This document shows, piece by piece, positions 19,242 through 29,174 of a DNA stretch of 64,000 nucleotides. Source of the stretch: Thermodesulfovibrionales bacterium (GTDB taxonomy: Bacteria; Nitrospirota; Thermodesulfovibrionia; Thermodesulfovibrionales; SM23-35); the NCBI GenBank assembly GCA_963715195.1, contig CAVQRT010000003.1, positions 160,001-224,000 on the forward strand. Reading direction: 5' to 3'. Within the stretch, counting starts at the first letter, position 1; the number at the start of each line of letters is the position of its first letter. Below the pieces are notes generated by a model that worked only from the letters and a program-made list of their open reading frames with translations, did no database searches and had not been told where the DNA came from. A program made the translations under genes and the position numbers.

Positions 19242-19270
19242 ATTCTACCAGACTATTCGAAAAGACTCAA
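19242..19270 (-). promoter_or_regulatory. Putative sigma-70 promoter
   Basis: TTGAGT-17 bp-TAGAAT with TG extended -10. Confidence 0.5.
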
Positions 19271-19318
19271 ATGCCCATCCTCTGCATTGCTAACTCGTGA
19301 TGGGAAATCGGCCTGCCA

Positions 19319-21304
19319 TTATGTCTTTTCTTTTAAATAATTCAGGGCATTATTCATGCTCTCACGATCTCCTGTAAATAAAAGAAAATCCTCTGTTTTT
19401 AGCCTGAATTCAGGTTCTGGGTTCGTATGCACTGTCTTTCCCCTTCTGACAGCAATGATAGTAACACCCGTTTTTTTCCTGATCTGAAGCTCTTTTATTG
19501 TCTTGTCATTGAGGTGGGAATCTTCAGGAATTCGATATCCGTCTATTTCTATTTCAGGAAGCCACTCATATTTTTCAAAAAGATGCCGCCTCGGCAATTC
19601 AACACCTCTCAGGGCAGTATAGCTGTTACTCCTGACTTTATCGACCATATCGAGGATTGCGTTTCTGGGGAAACTGTATCGGTACAAAACCCTCGAAAAA
19701 ATTTCGATTGATGTCTCAAACTCTTCCGGAATAACCTCGTCAGCTCCGAGCGATTTGAGATCATCAATTTCAATATAATACCGCGTCCTCACGATAATAT
19801 AGAGATCAGGACTTGCCTGTCGTGCAATAGAGACAATCCTCCTCGTTGAAACAGGGTCTGAAATCGCGACAACAAGGAGTCTTGCCTTCTCAACGCTCAT
19901 CTTATGCAGTATCTCCATGCTGGTACCGTCTCCGTAGTAAATCGGCTCTCCCTCTTTCTTCATTTCCCTTACTGTTTCGCTGTTCATTTCCAGCACGAAA
20001 TAAGGGATTTCTGCCTCCCGTAATACCTTTGCCAGGTTTCTTCCGTTCAGACCGAAGCCGACAATGATAACATGGTCGTGCTTTTTTCTCGGACTACCTT
20101 CCCCGGCCAGCACCTTATCTTTTCTGACAAATTTCTTCAGTATCGGCCGCGCAGCTATCCACCCGGATACCGCCGGAGCAGCTTTTACGATGAAGGGAGT
20201 CATGATCATCGTCACGACAGAGGATGAGAGAAATATCTGATAGAATTCGTCGGATATTAATCCTACAGCTTTCCCGGCAATAGCAAGTACAAACGAAAAT
20301 TCTCCAATTTGTGCAAGTCCGAGTCCGGTCATGACAGAGGACCTCAGGGAATTTCCTATAAAAAGAGCAGAAGCCGTTCCTGTAATGATTTTCAGTCCGA
20401 AAATCAACATAACAACCTGTGCGATACCAACGCTATTGGCAACAAGAAACTCGGTATTCATGAGCATTCCAATGGAAACAAAGAATAGTCCCATAAAACT
20501 GTCTTTAAATGGCAATATGTCTGATATTGCCTGATGAGAATACTCCGATTCGGATATAATGAGACCTGCAAGGAACGCTCCAAGCGCAAGGGAAAGACCA
20601 AAACGGGAAGTCAGAAGCGCGATACCGAGACAGAGAAGAATAATGGTGGTCAAAAAGAGTTCCCGGCTTCGCGTCCGGACAACCTGATGCAGGAGGGCAG
20701 GGACGATCCATCTGGAGCTGAGTAATACAATGATAATAATGAGTGCCGCCTTACCCATTTTCATTGCAACGTCAAGGGCATCAATTACATCTCCTGAGAG
20801 GACCGGGATGAGAAGCATCAGAGGTACGATACAGAGGTCCTGGAATATGAGTATGCCCACCATCGTGTGGCCATGGGGTGAGTCTATTTCTCCCCGCTCG
20901 GTAAGTAATTTGAGGACTATCGCCGTAGAACTCAGGGCATAGAGAAATCCAAAGAAGATCGATGTATTAACGTCCCGTATAGCAATGTAAGTCATGGCAG
21001 CAGATGCAGCTATGGTTAAGATGACCTGCGCTCCACCTCCGCCTAAAACAGCTTTTTTGATTTTAACGAGTTTGGTCAGGGAAAACTCGATACCGATTGT
21101 GAAAAGGAGCAGTATGACGCCGATCTCAGCGAGAATCTGTATAAAGTGGACATCTTTTATGAGACCAATCCCGTTCGGACCGATGATGATGCCGGCAACG
21201 ATAAACCCTATGAGCGAAGGTATTTTCAGCTTATACAGCAACAGGATGACTGCTGCTGATGCGATGAAAATCATTTCGAGTGATTGTAAAATTTCGTATT
21301 GCAT
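19319..21304 (-). CDS. CPA2 (KefC-like) K+/H+ antiporter with TrkA-N and TrkA-C domains
   Basis: AEIGVILLLFTIGIEFS, LSSTAIVLK, GILIFQDL, GAFLAG, LAQIGEFSFVL, IVGFGLNG, YYGDG, RCK-C tail; start ATG 21304. Confidence 0.92.
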   Translation of the reverse strand: MQYEILQSLEMIFIASAAVILLLYKLKIPSLIGFIVAGIIIGPNGIGLIKDVHFIQILAEIGVILLLFTIGIEFSLTKLVKIKKAVLGGGGAQVILTIAASAAMTYIAIRDVNTSIFFGFLYALSSTAIVLKLLTERGEIDSPHGHTMVGILIFQDLCIVPLMLLIPVLSGDVIDALDVAMKMGKAALIIIIVLLSSRWIVPALLHQVVRTRSRELFLTTIILLCLGIALLTSRFGLSLALGAFLAGLIISESEYSHQAISDILPFKDSFMGLFFVSIGMLMNTEFLVANSVGIAQVVMLIFGLKIITGTASALFIGNSLRSSVMTGLGLAQIGEFSFVLAIAGKAVGLISDEFYQIFLSSSVVTMIMTPFIVKAAPAVSGWIAARPILKKFVRKDKVLAGEGSPRKKHDHVIIVGFGLNGRNLAKVLREAEIPYFVLEMNSETVREMKKEGEPIYYGDGTSMEILHKMSVEKARLLVVAISDPVSTRRIVSIARQASPDLYIIVRTRYYIEIDDLKSLGADEVIPEEFETSIEIFSRVLYRYSFPRNAILDMVDKVRSNSYTALRGVELPRRHLFEKYEWLPEIEIDGYRIPEDSHLNDKTIKELQIRKKTGVTIIAVRRGKTVHTNPEPEFRLKTEDFLLFTGDRESMNNALNYLKEKT

Positions 21305-21375
21305 GACTCTTACAATAAGAAAGCAGTATGATTCACATCTCTGCACTTATAGCTGTTCTCACGAGTACTGATAAG

Positions 21376-21549
21376 GAATGCCCGGAAGAGAGAAAACTTC
21401 AGAATTTCAGGATGGCAACAAAAGCTACCTAAATAACCTGCAGAAAGGGTAATCATCAATTCGTCCTGACTTGCATGGAAAATCCACCTGAATACTCATA
21501 ATACACAATCATCCTGATTTATTCATGAAATTTATATCTGCGGGCATTC
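21376..21549. mobile_element. Putative MITE-like element with about 40-bp imperfect terminal inverted repeats
   Basis: GAATGCCCG (21376-21384)/CGGGCATTC (21541-21549) and TCAGGATG (21407-21414)/CATCCTGA (21510-21517), symmetrically spaced; no transposase, no clear target duplication. Confidence 0.45.
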
Positions 21550-21624
21550 AACAAATATCCGGAATAGCATTCATGGGTTTGACTTACTCATAAGATCATA
21601 AGTATGAAAACAATAATTATAAAG

Positions 21625-21660
21625 TCCCTCCTAACCTCCCTTTGCCAAAGGGAGGTTTTA
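21625..21660. repeat. REP-like/terminator-like hairpin
   Basis: AACCTCCCTTT-GCC-AAAGGGAGGTT, 11-bp perfect stem (21633-21657), preceded by TCCCTCCT. Confidence 0.5.
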
Positions 21661-21755
21661 TACCCCTCTCTGGTAAAATGGAGTATCTCCTGATGTTTCA
21701 GTATTTTCCAGCTTTGTTATGATAAATGTATGTATGAATTGAATATGAAAATACG

Positions 21756-23570
21756 ATGATGCAACTTATACCATTGAGGGTATGCAGGTTCATGAAAAGC
21801 TCATCCAGCACTATCTCAATTTTTCTCAGGGCAACTTTATTTTGTCTCATATTGTTTGTTGTCGCATTACCTTCCCTTGCAACGGGACAGGTTGAAATAG
21901 TGATAGAAGGTGTAGAGGGAGATGCACTCAAAAACATACAGGCAGCACTCACCCTGCCGGAAAGTATAGTGCAAGACGGTAAGGTGAACCTGCCGTGGCT
22001 TGAGTATTTTAAGCTCCAGGCTGAAGAAAGAATCAGGACCGCTCTCGAACCCTATGGTTACTATAGCCCTGAGATCGATATGATTCTGGAGATCGTTGAT
22101 CAGGAACAGTACCGCCTTTCCATTAAGGTATTCCTGGGGCCCGCGATACGTATCTCACAGGTAAATGTGTCGCTGAAGGGGGATGGATCTGACGAAGCCC
22201 CCTTAAAGGACCTTATAGCTCAATTTCCTCTGAAAAAAGGTGGCATTCTTCTCCAGGGAGAGTATGAAAAAGCAAAAGGTTTGTTGAAGGCCGAGGCTCT
22301 GGAGTCCGGCTATCTTAATGCAGAATTCTCAACCCATGAAATTTTAGTGAACCGAAAAGAGGCTTCGGCGCAAATAGATTTAGTTCTGGAGACAGGCGCT
22401 CAATACCGGTTCGGAGAAACGTTAATCGAAGGAGCATCCCAATACCCGGACGCATTCTTAAAGAGACACCTCGCCTACAAGTCAGGAGAGGTCTTTTCTT
22501 CCGTCAAATTGAGACAGACCCAGCTTAACATCCTTAATTCGGAGCGTTTTCAAGAAGTCACGGCTACACCCGAAAAAGAAAAAACGATAAATTTGCAGGT
22601 GCCTGTTGTGATAAAAACAAAACCTGCCCCCAGCAAAAGGTTGCGGACAGGGATCGGATACGGAACAGATACCGGCGCACGATTTTTTATCAAATATTCT
22701 GATTTAAATAGTCTGAAACGGGGCTATGAGCTGAAACCAGAACTGAACATTTCGGAACGCCTGCAGGGCGTGGGAGTCACATATCGTATCCCCAGCTATC
22801 AACACTTAAACAGCTTTACCGAATTCAAAGCGAATGCCCAGCGCGAGGATACAGATACCTATGAAACACGCATACTATCTCTGGAAGCAAGTCATACGAA
22901 GAGTTTGGGGAAGGGTCTGCTGGGAACTGCCTATCTCAGACTGCACCATGAGGACTCTACGGTAGCCTCTGAAAAGACCAGGTCATTTCTTGTCCTGCCC
23001 GGCATTCGCCTAACCGCAAATCGTCTTGATAACCTGATCCGGCCAACCAGCGGATACCTCTATTCTGCAGAAGTTCGTGGCACACATGAATATCTTGGAT
23101 CTGACACCGGACTCCTCCAGGTGATCATGCAAGCAAGTAACATGGTTTCTCTTCCTCTCCGTTGCTCGTTATTCACCAGGATAAAGGGTGCCTTTACCGC
23201 CCAGGATGAATCGCTGAGCGAAATTCCCGCATCACTCCGTTTCTTTGCCGGCGGTGACAGAAGTGTTCGCGGGTATAAGTATCAATCACTTGGGCCAAAA
23301 GATGAAAAAGGAGAAGTGATTGGCGGGAAACATCTGATCGTGGGCAGTATAGAACTTGAGCGGGCACTCTTCACGGACTGGGGGATAGCTGCATTCTACG
23401 ACGCAGGGAATGCATTTAATGCCCTTTCAGATATTCAATTATTTCAAGGTGCCGGGATTGGAGTGCGTTACTATACGAAAGTCGGGGCGATAAGACTTGA
23501 TATCGCCCGTCAGATCGATATGGATAATCCAAAAACGAGAATACATTTTAGCGTGGGGATCGAACTGTGA
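21756..23570 (+). CDS. tamA: TamA, Omp85-family translocation and assembly module outer-membrane protein
   Basis: Signal peptide, POTRA region (ALEPYGYY), GIGYGTDTG, RFFAGGDRSVRGY, FYDAGNAF, RLDIA, terminal HFSVGIEL; start may be ATG 21792. Confidence 0.93.
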   Translation: MMQLIPLRVCRFMKSSSSTISIFLRATLFCLILFVVALPSLATGQVEIVIEGVEGDALKNIQAALTLPESIVQDGKVNLPWLEYFKLQAEERIRTALEPYGYYSPEIDMILEIVDQEQYRLSIKVFLGPAIRISQVNVSLKGDGSDEAPLKDLIAQFPLKKGGILLQGEYEKAKGLLKAEALESGYLNAEFSTHEILVNRKEASAQIDLVLETGAQYRFGETLIEGASQYPDAFLKRHLAYKSGEVFSSVKLRQTQLNILNSERFQEVTATPEKEKTINLQVPVVIKTKPAPSKRLRTGIGYGTDTGARFFIKYSDLNSLKRGYELKPELNISERLQGVGVTYRIPSYQHLNSFTEFKANAQREDTDTYETRILSLEASHTKSLGKGLLGTAYLRLHHEDSTVASEKTRSFLVLPGIRLTANRLDNLIRPTSGYLYSAEVRGTHEYLGSDTGLLQVIMQASNMVSLPLRCSLFTRIKGAFTAQDESLSEIPASLRFFAGGDRSVRGYKYQSLGPKDEKGEVIGGKHLIVGSIELERALFTDWGIAAFYDAGNAFNALSDIQLFQGAGIGVRYYTKVGAIRLDIARQIDMDNPKTRIHFSVGIEL

Positions 23571-26500
23571 ACAGGAAAGCTCTATATGCAATTTCCCTCA
23601 TAGTGATTATTGTTTTCTTCGCGGTTATAGGAATGTCATCATGGCTGCTCGGAACGAGTCAAGGTGCTTCATGGCTGATCAGGATTATATCGAACCGGGC
23701 TGGCGTGAAGACCGAATTTCGCAAGATAGAAGGGAGACTTTGGGATTCCATCACCCTGGAAGGGATCCAAGTGCGTTGGGATAATGGTAATGCGAAAGTT
23801 GAAAATCTCTTTCTCGAATGGCATCCTCTCATGATATTAACCGGTGCCGTCGGGATAAACAAACTGATTGTGAGCAAGGCGGTACTTCAGGATAACCGTC
23901 CGGATGAAAAGAAACCGCTGAATCTTAGCTGGCCTAAAATAAGCGGGCTCCCGGGAAGGGTAGATGCCTGGATAGATGAACTGGAGATAAGGGAATTTGA
24001 TTATTACAGGCTGGAGGAGACTCATATCAGGGTTGACAGCTTATCTTCTCTTGTCCAGTGGCACGAAGCGACGATAGGTGTGCAGAACCTTGTTTTTGCT
24101 ACACCTGCTATTCATATAAGCGGAAACCTTGAAGCAGGATTTCTATACCCTTCCCTGAAAGCAGATCTTGTTGGGTCTCTTGAGGAGCCGTTTCAGGATA
24201 TCGAACGATTTTCCCTGAAGGCCAAGCTTCTCCCTAGGCATGGGGATGAGCAGTTGCATGGCCTCATAACTGTTAACGGCATGACTGGGGATAAACAGAT
24301 CGCAGCTCTTGCAAGCAAGATCGGGGTAACAAAGACAGCCCTGACTATCACTGATCTTGATTTACGACAGGCAGACAGGCAGGGGATATTAAAAGGAAAA
24401 GGTGAAATCGACTTCAGCAACCCCGAACCAGCGATAGACTTTTCATTCGACATCGAACATCTCGATCTGACGCCGGAAATAAAGACCTCTACCGATATTT
24501 CAGGTACCCTTCTCCTGAAAGGGAAGATTGAAGACTACAGCGGCAATTTTGCTTTAACCAACAGGGGAAACACAGAGTATGAGGCTGCCCTGGCAGGTTC
24601 TTTCCTTGGTGATAAGGAGACGATACAACTAGAGATCACTGAAGGGTCTTTGTTGGGCGGAACGCTCAAGGGCTCCATACAGAGTTCATGGAGTGCAGGC
24701 ATATCCTTTCAGAGCGATTTACAAGCGAGAAACCTGAATCCTGCAATAGTAAGTACAGATTGGAACGGGATGGTAAATCTGAACCTCTCAATGAAAATAG
24801 ACATACCAGATGAAGGCAATCTCCGGGCAGAACTAAGCGGCAAGATTCTTGAGAGCCATCTTCGTGGCAGGGAGTTAACCGGAGAAATCCATGCGAGTAT
24901 ATATGAAGATACAATATTCATAAAGAATTTATTCCTGAAAGGAAACGGATTTGATATTTATGCACAGGGTGACACCGGGAAGCGTCTTGTATTTCATGCA
25001 GACATCACAGATCTATCAGGTCTGGTCCCTGAAGCTGAAGGATATTTCTCTGCAAAGGGATGGCTGAGCAGGAAAAGGAAGCTCCTTTCAGGATCGGTCA
25101 ATGCACTCGGAAATAATATCGTCATTGGTCGGATGCATATTCAAGGGATTACAATCAATGGGCATCTGTCTGAAAATACGGGATCGCCTATACATATCAA
25201 GGCAGACATCACAGGGTTAGACTATGAAAAGATCCGGTTTCGCAAAGCAGTACTTAAGCTTCAGGGAAGGCCCGAGTCTCATAACATGGGAATCAGTGTT
25301 GATTTTCCGGGTTCAGCGTTCCGAGCAGATTTTACAGGTGCTTATCATCAGGGAGCATGGAACGGAAAGATTCTCCGCCTTTCATACAAAGATCCTGCGG
25401 GTATTATGGATTTAGCTTTGTCTGCAGACCTCTCCCTTTCAAAGGATAGATTGTCTCTTTCACCATTAATTATAAAGGGACCTCACGGCGAATCAATTTC
25501 ATTAGAAGGCAAGATGACAATGCATCCAAGGACCGGTTTCGTGAAGTCACAATGGCATCAGTTAAATCTCAGTCGCGCAAACGGGTGGCTTGAGAATGCC
25601 GAGCTGAAAGGACATACTGCGGGTGATCTGCATATAACATGGGAAAGAGGGAAGGTGACTAACATCGAAATGCAGAATACTGCGTCTGGTGCCTTCAAAG
25701 CGCGAGGGAAGACCATGGATATAGAAGATTCGAAATTTCTTCTCAGATGGGACAACCACGGACTAACTGCCTCTGTTCATGCACGGTTTTCGAAGGGAGG
25801 CGATATGAAAGGCTCTATTACGTCTTCTTCGCATCCGGATTTCAGTGTCCCTCAAGAGGGAGAGCTTGATGCAAGCTGGGATGAATTCAGTTTAGTCATG
25901 TTAGATCCGTTCCTTCCCGAGCATACCGATATAACGGGAATAACCTCAGGAACTTTGACGTCGAGATGGGCAAAGAGAGATTTATTATTCCTGTCAGGGA
26001 CAGCAAATGCCCGCGGGACAATCGCATCGGATGGATATCAAATCAATGTGAAAGAGACGTCGCTCAAACTGGATATGAGCGGAAAGAAGATTATCATACA
26101 GCTAAATCTGGAATTAACCAATGGGGGTTCTTTAAACGGACGGTTTGTTTTTCCCACGCCCTTGCAGTTCGCAGTACCTGAACAGGGCACCGTGGATGCA
26201 CAACTGGACGGTATCAATTTATCAATGCTTCAGTCATGGCTGCCCGAAGGACTCGAAGTGAGGGGTATTCTTGCCGGGCAGATGAAGGGAAACCTAATGA
26301 CAGGAGGGAATGTCGACGTTTCGGGCAGCGTTTCAATATCACAGGGAAGCGTCGTGCATGGCAAAGAAGACAGAAAACTCTCCGCCGACATACGAAACGC
26401 AGGAGTCACATGGACTTGGAGCGGAAATGTTTTACAGGGAAATGTCAGTTTAACACTTTCTCAATATGGAAACGTTACAGGACATTTCGAGTTACCTGTT

Positions 26501-27805
26501 CCTGCCAGGATGCCGCCTGAGTTCAAGAAGAAAGAAACACTGCATTTTTCAATTGATGCAGATGTTCAGGAGAAGGGGTTGCTGACATCACTTTTCCCGG
26601 GACTCGTTCAGGAAAGCCACGGTTCCTTGAGGATTGCCGGTGGGACTGACGGTACATGGGAAAATCCAGAGTTTAGGGGAACTGTGCATCTGAAAGACGC
26701 CGGCGCTTATTTCCCGGCTGCCGGTATCACAGTGAAGGACATTGTCCTTCGGGGATATTTTGGAAAAGATACGATAGTACTCGATATGTTCACCGCAAAG
26801 TCTGGCGACGGCACAATCGATGGCGCTGCAACGATAAAAATGAAGGACTGGAAGGTCTCACATTATAAAGTGAATATAACAGGCAAAGGTTTTCAAACCA
26901 TATATCTCCCGGAGTTGCAGTGTGTAACCAGTCCTGAACTGACATTCGAAGGGTCATCGGAAAAACTTTCTGTAAGAGGAGAAATAAAAATACCCGAACT
27001 TTTTGTTCATGGCACAGAGAAGTCTGCTCAGGTAAAACCGAGTGGCGATGTCGTAATTATCGATGCTATTGAAAAACCAGGGAAAGAATTGCCGTTTACG
27101 CTTGATATCGATGTTCACATAGTGCTTGGCAAAAAAGTTTTTGTCAAGGCAGAGGGCATTGATGCACAACTTGAAGGAGACGTATCTCTGACAGCGAAAA
27201 ACCCCGATGAGATCTATGGGAAAGGCCTGATACAAGTGACTAAGGGAGATTTCAGGAGATATGGGATGAACCTCAATATTCAGCGGGGTCGCCTTATTTT
27301 CAGTGGACTCATTACGCGTCCTGGCCTTGATATTGTCGCTGTCCGAACGATCGGCGATGTGAAAGCGGGCGTCACCGTAAGCGGAACGCCCCAATCCCCG
27401 GAAGTCAAACTCTACTCTGAGCCGTCTATGCCGGATACCGACATCCTTGCATACATAGTCCTCGGGCGTCCACTTGGTGGAAATTCAGGAGAATCATCCG
27501 CATTGCTTCAGGCAGCCGGTTTCCTGCTCTCTCAAGGCGAATCAGTGGTGCTCCAGGAGAGGATGAAACGGACTTTCGGCATTGATGTGCTCGACATTGA
27601 AACCGGTGGCGGAGAATTGAACCGTTCCCTCGTTACGCTCGGCAAGTACCTCACACCGAAACTTTTCATCAGTTACGGACAGTCACTCTTTGGTGAAGGT
27701 AGTCTTTTCCGTATCCGTTACAGTCTCTCCAAGCACTGGGAAATCGAGACTCAGACCGGGGAAGAAATGGGGGGAGACATTTATTACAAAATAGATTTCA
27801 AATGA
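23567..27805 (+). CDS. tamB: TamB translocation and assembly module protein (DUF490)
   Basis: N-terminal TM anchor, long beta-rich body, C-terminal LYSEPSMPDTDILAYIVLGR, LGKYLTPKLFISYG, RYSLSKHW; start overlaps the tamA stop. Confidence 0.92.
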   Translation: MNRKALYAISLIVIIVFFAVIGMSSWLLGTSQGASWLIRIISNRAGVKTEFRKIEGRLWDSITLEGIQVRWDNGNAKVENLFLEWHPLMILTGAVGINKLIVSKAVLQDNRPDEKKPLNLSWPKISGLPGRVDAWIDELEIREFDYYRLEETHIRVDSLSSLVQWHEATIGVQNLVFATPAIHISGNLEAGFLYPSLKADLVGSLEEPFQDIERFSLKAKLLPRHGDEQLHGLITVNGMTGDKQIAALASKIGVTKTALTITDLDLRQADRQGILKGKGEIDFSNPEPAIDFSFDIEHLDLTPEIKTSTDISGTLLLKGKIEDYSGNFALTNRGNTEYEAALAGSFLGDKETIQLEITEGSLLGGTLKGSIQSSWSAGISFQSDLQARNLNPAIVSTDWNGMVNLNLSMKIDIPDEGNLRAELSGKILESHLRGRELTGEIHASIYEDTIFIKNLFLKGNGFDIYAQGDTGKRLVFHADITDLSGLVPEAEGYFSAKGWLSRKRKLLSGSVNALGNNIVIGRMHIQGITINGHLSENTGSPIHIKADITGLDYEKIRFRKAVLKLQGRPESHNMGISVDFPGSAFRADFTGAYHQGAWNGKILRLSYKDPAGIMDLALSADLSLSKDRLSLSPLIIKGPHGESISLEGKMTMHPRTGFVKSQWHQLNLSRANGWLENAELKGHTAGDLHITWERGKVTNIEMQNTASGAFKARGKTMDIEDSKFLLRWDNHGLTASVHARFSKGGDMKGSITSSSHPDFSVPQEGELDASWDEFSLVMLDPFLPEHTDITGITSGTLTSRWAKRDLLFLSGTANARGTIASDGYQINVKETSLKLDMSGKKIIIQLNLELTNGGSLNGRFVFPTPLQFAVPEQGTVDAQLDGINLSMLQSWLPEGLEVRGILAGQMKGNLMTGGNVDVSGSVSISQGSVVHGKEDRKLSADIRNAGVTWTWSGNVLQGNVSLTLSQYGNVTGHFELPVPARMPPEFKKKETLHFSIDADVQEKGLLTSLFPGLVQESHGSLRIAGGTDGTWENPEFRGTVHLKDAGAYFPAAGITVKDIVLRGYFGKDTIVLDMFTAKSGDGTIDGAATIKMKDWKVSHYKVNITGKGFQTIYLPELQCVTSPELTFEGSSEKLSVRGEIKIPELFVHGTEKSAQVKPSGDVVIIDAIEKPGKELPFTLDIDVHIVLGKKVFVKAEGIDAQLEGDVSLTAKNPDEIYGKGLIQVTKGDFRRYGMNLNIQRGRLIFSGLITRPGLDIVAVRTIGDVKAGVTVSGTPQSPEVKLYSEPSMPDTDILAYIVLGRPLGGNSGESSALLQAAGFLLSQGESVVLQERMKRTFGIDVLDIETGGGELNRSLVTLGKYLTPKLFISYGQSLFGEGSLFRIRYSLSKHWEIETQTGEEMGGDIYYKIDFK

Positions 27806-27847
27806 TTTCTTTCGGATTTATCATGCTTCAGGAATCAAGTGCCATCA

Positions 27848-29035
27848 TTATAGTTTCTCTCTTTCAAGCCACTTATTACCCATTTTTTCTATGCCAATAG
27901 CCCCAATTGGAGCTGTTAATAGTATGGAGAGAACAGCAACTGCGAGCATGATGTCTCCCGATTTTACCCCCGCTTCGAGCGGTACTGCTCCTATCGCAGC
28001 CTGAACAGTCGCTTTTGGGATATATGATATTACGCAGAATACCCGCTCCTTGAAAGTCAGATCCGTACCCATAACGCTCACATATGTTCCGATACTCCTG
28101 CCGATCAGGGCTGCAATAATCAGTGCAGCGCCTGCAAGACCGGCCTCCCAGGCCACCGTAATATTGACCTGTGCCCCGACAAGCACAAAAAGGAGGATCT
28201 CTGCAAAAATCCATATCTTAGTCAGCTTATGAGAGATCTTATGGGCACGTATTTCACACTTTTCAATCAGTATGAATCCGATAGTCATAACACCCAGGAG
28301 TGCGGAAAGGGCTACCCTGGTTTTCAATCCTTCCTCTATCCAGGTCAGGAGAACCGAAACCGCAACGACCACTATCGTCATCTTTGTTGCCCTCAGTCTG
28401 AATTTCTCAAACAGGCGGTAGAGCAGGTATCCTGACAGTGCGCCCAGGAGGATTCCAAGAATAATTGATTCCGGTATTTCGAGGAGTTTCACCCATATGT
28501 CTGGATGTGAACCGGTATACATTCCCAGGAGGATTGAGAATACGACGATAACGAAGACATCATCGACAGACGAAGCACCGAGAATCAAGGTTGGGATTCC
28601 TTTCTTTACTCCCCTCTTCTGGTCGATAAATTTCAGCATGAGGGGCACAACAACAGCGGGGGATACCGCAGCGAGGATAGCGCCAAGGATTGCTGCTTCG
28701 AGATATGTAATGCCAAGCAAATACGGTGCAAGCAGCGTAACGATTGCTCCCTCGAAAACCGCAGGCAGGCAGGACATAATGAGTGCTGTTTTTCCAACCC
28801 TGTTCAGCGTGTCCTTCCTGAGTTCAAGTCCTGCCCGCAAAAGGATTACTATGAGCGCGACCATTCTGAGATCAGCAGATATCTTAAGCAACTCCGGCTG
28901 AATGATGTTGAAAACATATGGACCACAGAGGATTCCGACGAGAAGCATACCGAGCAGACCAGGAAGTTTTATTCGGTTAAATAAATAGTCTGAGAGAAGA
29001 CCGAGCAGTACAATGATTGCAATACTAAACGCCAT
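27848..29035 (-). CDS. Cation/H+ antiporter resembling the NHA/SLC9B clade
   Basis: Multiple TM segments; ILLRAGL, AAVSPAVVVP, GIPTLILGASSVDDV, PKATVQAAIG. Confidence 0.88.
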   Translation of the reverse strand: MAFSIAIIVLLGLLSDYLFNRIKLPGLLGMLLVGILCGPYVFNIIQPELLKISADLRMVALIVILLRAGLELRKDTLNRVGKTALIMSCLPAVFEGAIVTLLAPYLLGITYLEAAILGAILAAVSPAVVVPLMLKFIDQKRGVKKGIPTLILGASSVDDVFVIVVFSILLGMYTGSHPDIWVKLLEIPESIILGILLGALSGYLLYRLFEKFRLRATKMTIVVVAVSVLLTWIEEGLKTRVALSALLGVMTIGFILIEKCEIRAHKISHKLTKIWIFAEILLFVLVGAQVNITVAWEAGLAGAALIIAALIGRSIGTYVSVMGTDLTFKERVFCVISYIPKATVQAAIGAVPLEAGVKSGDIMLAVAVLSILLTAPIGAIGIEKMGNKWLEREKL

Positions 29036-29074
29036 TCGCCCTCCAATCCCGCGGGCTCGCCTGATACGTTTTTC

Positions 29075-29116
29075 AATAAAAAACCCCTACCAAAACTGCA
29101 GAGTTCGGTAGGGGTT
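29075..29116 (-). terminator. Riboswitch expression-platform intrinsic terminator
   Basis: AACCCCTACCGAA...TTTGGTAGGGGTT stem followed by TTTTATT; the 5' arm is shared with the aptamer pseudoknot strand. Confidence 0.88.
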
Positions 29117-29164
29117 ATTATTCCTTAATATACCTAAGGACGGTTCATGGCGAACCCCATCGCC
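29108..29164 (-). ncRNA. Fluoride riboswitch (crcB motif)
   Basis: GGCGA-UGGGGU-UCGCC (P1), AUGAACCG linker, P2 UCCUUAG/UUAAGGA, AUAAU-AACCCC-UAC pseudoknot strand complementary to GGGGUU; overlapping terminator. Confidence 0.9.
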
Positions 29165-29174
29165 GGCAAGAATT

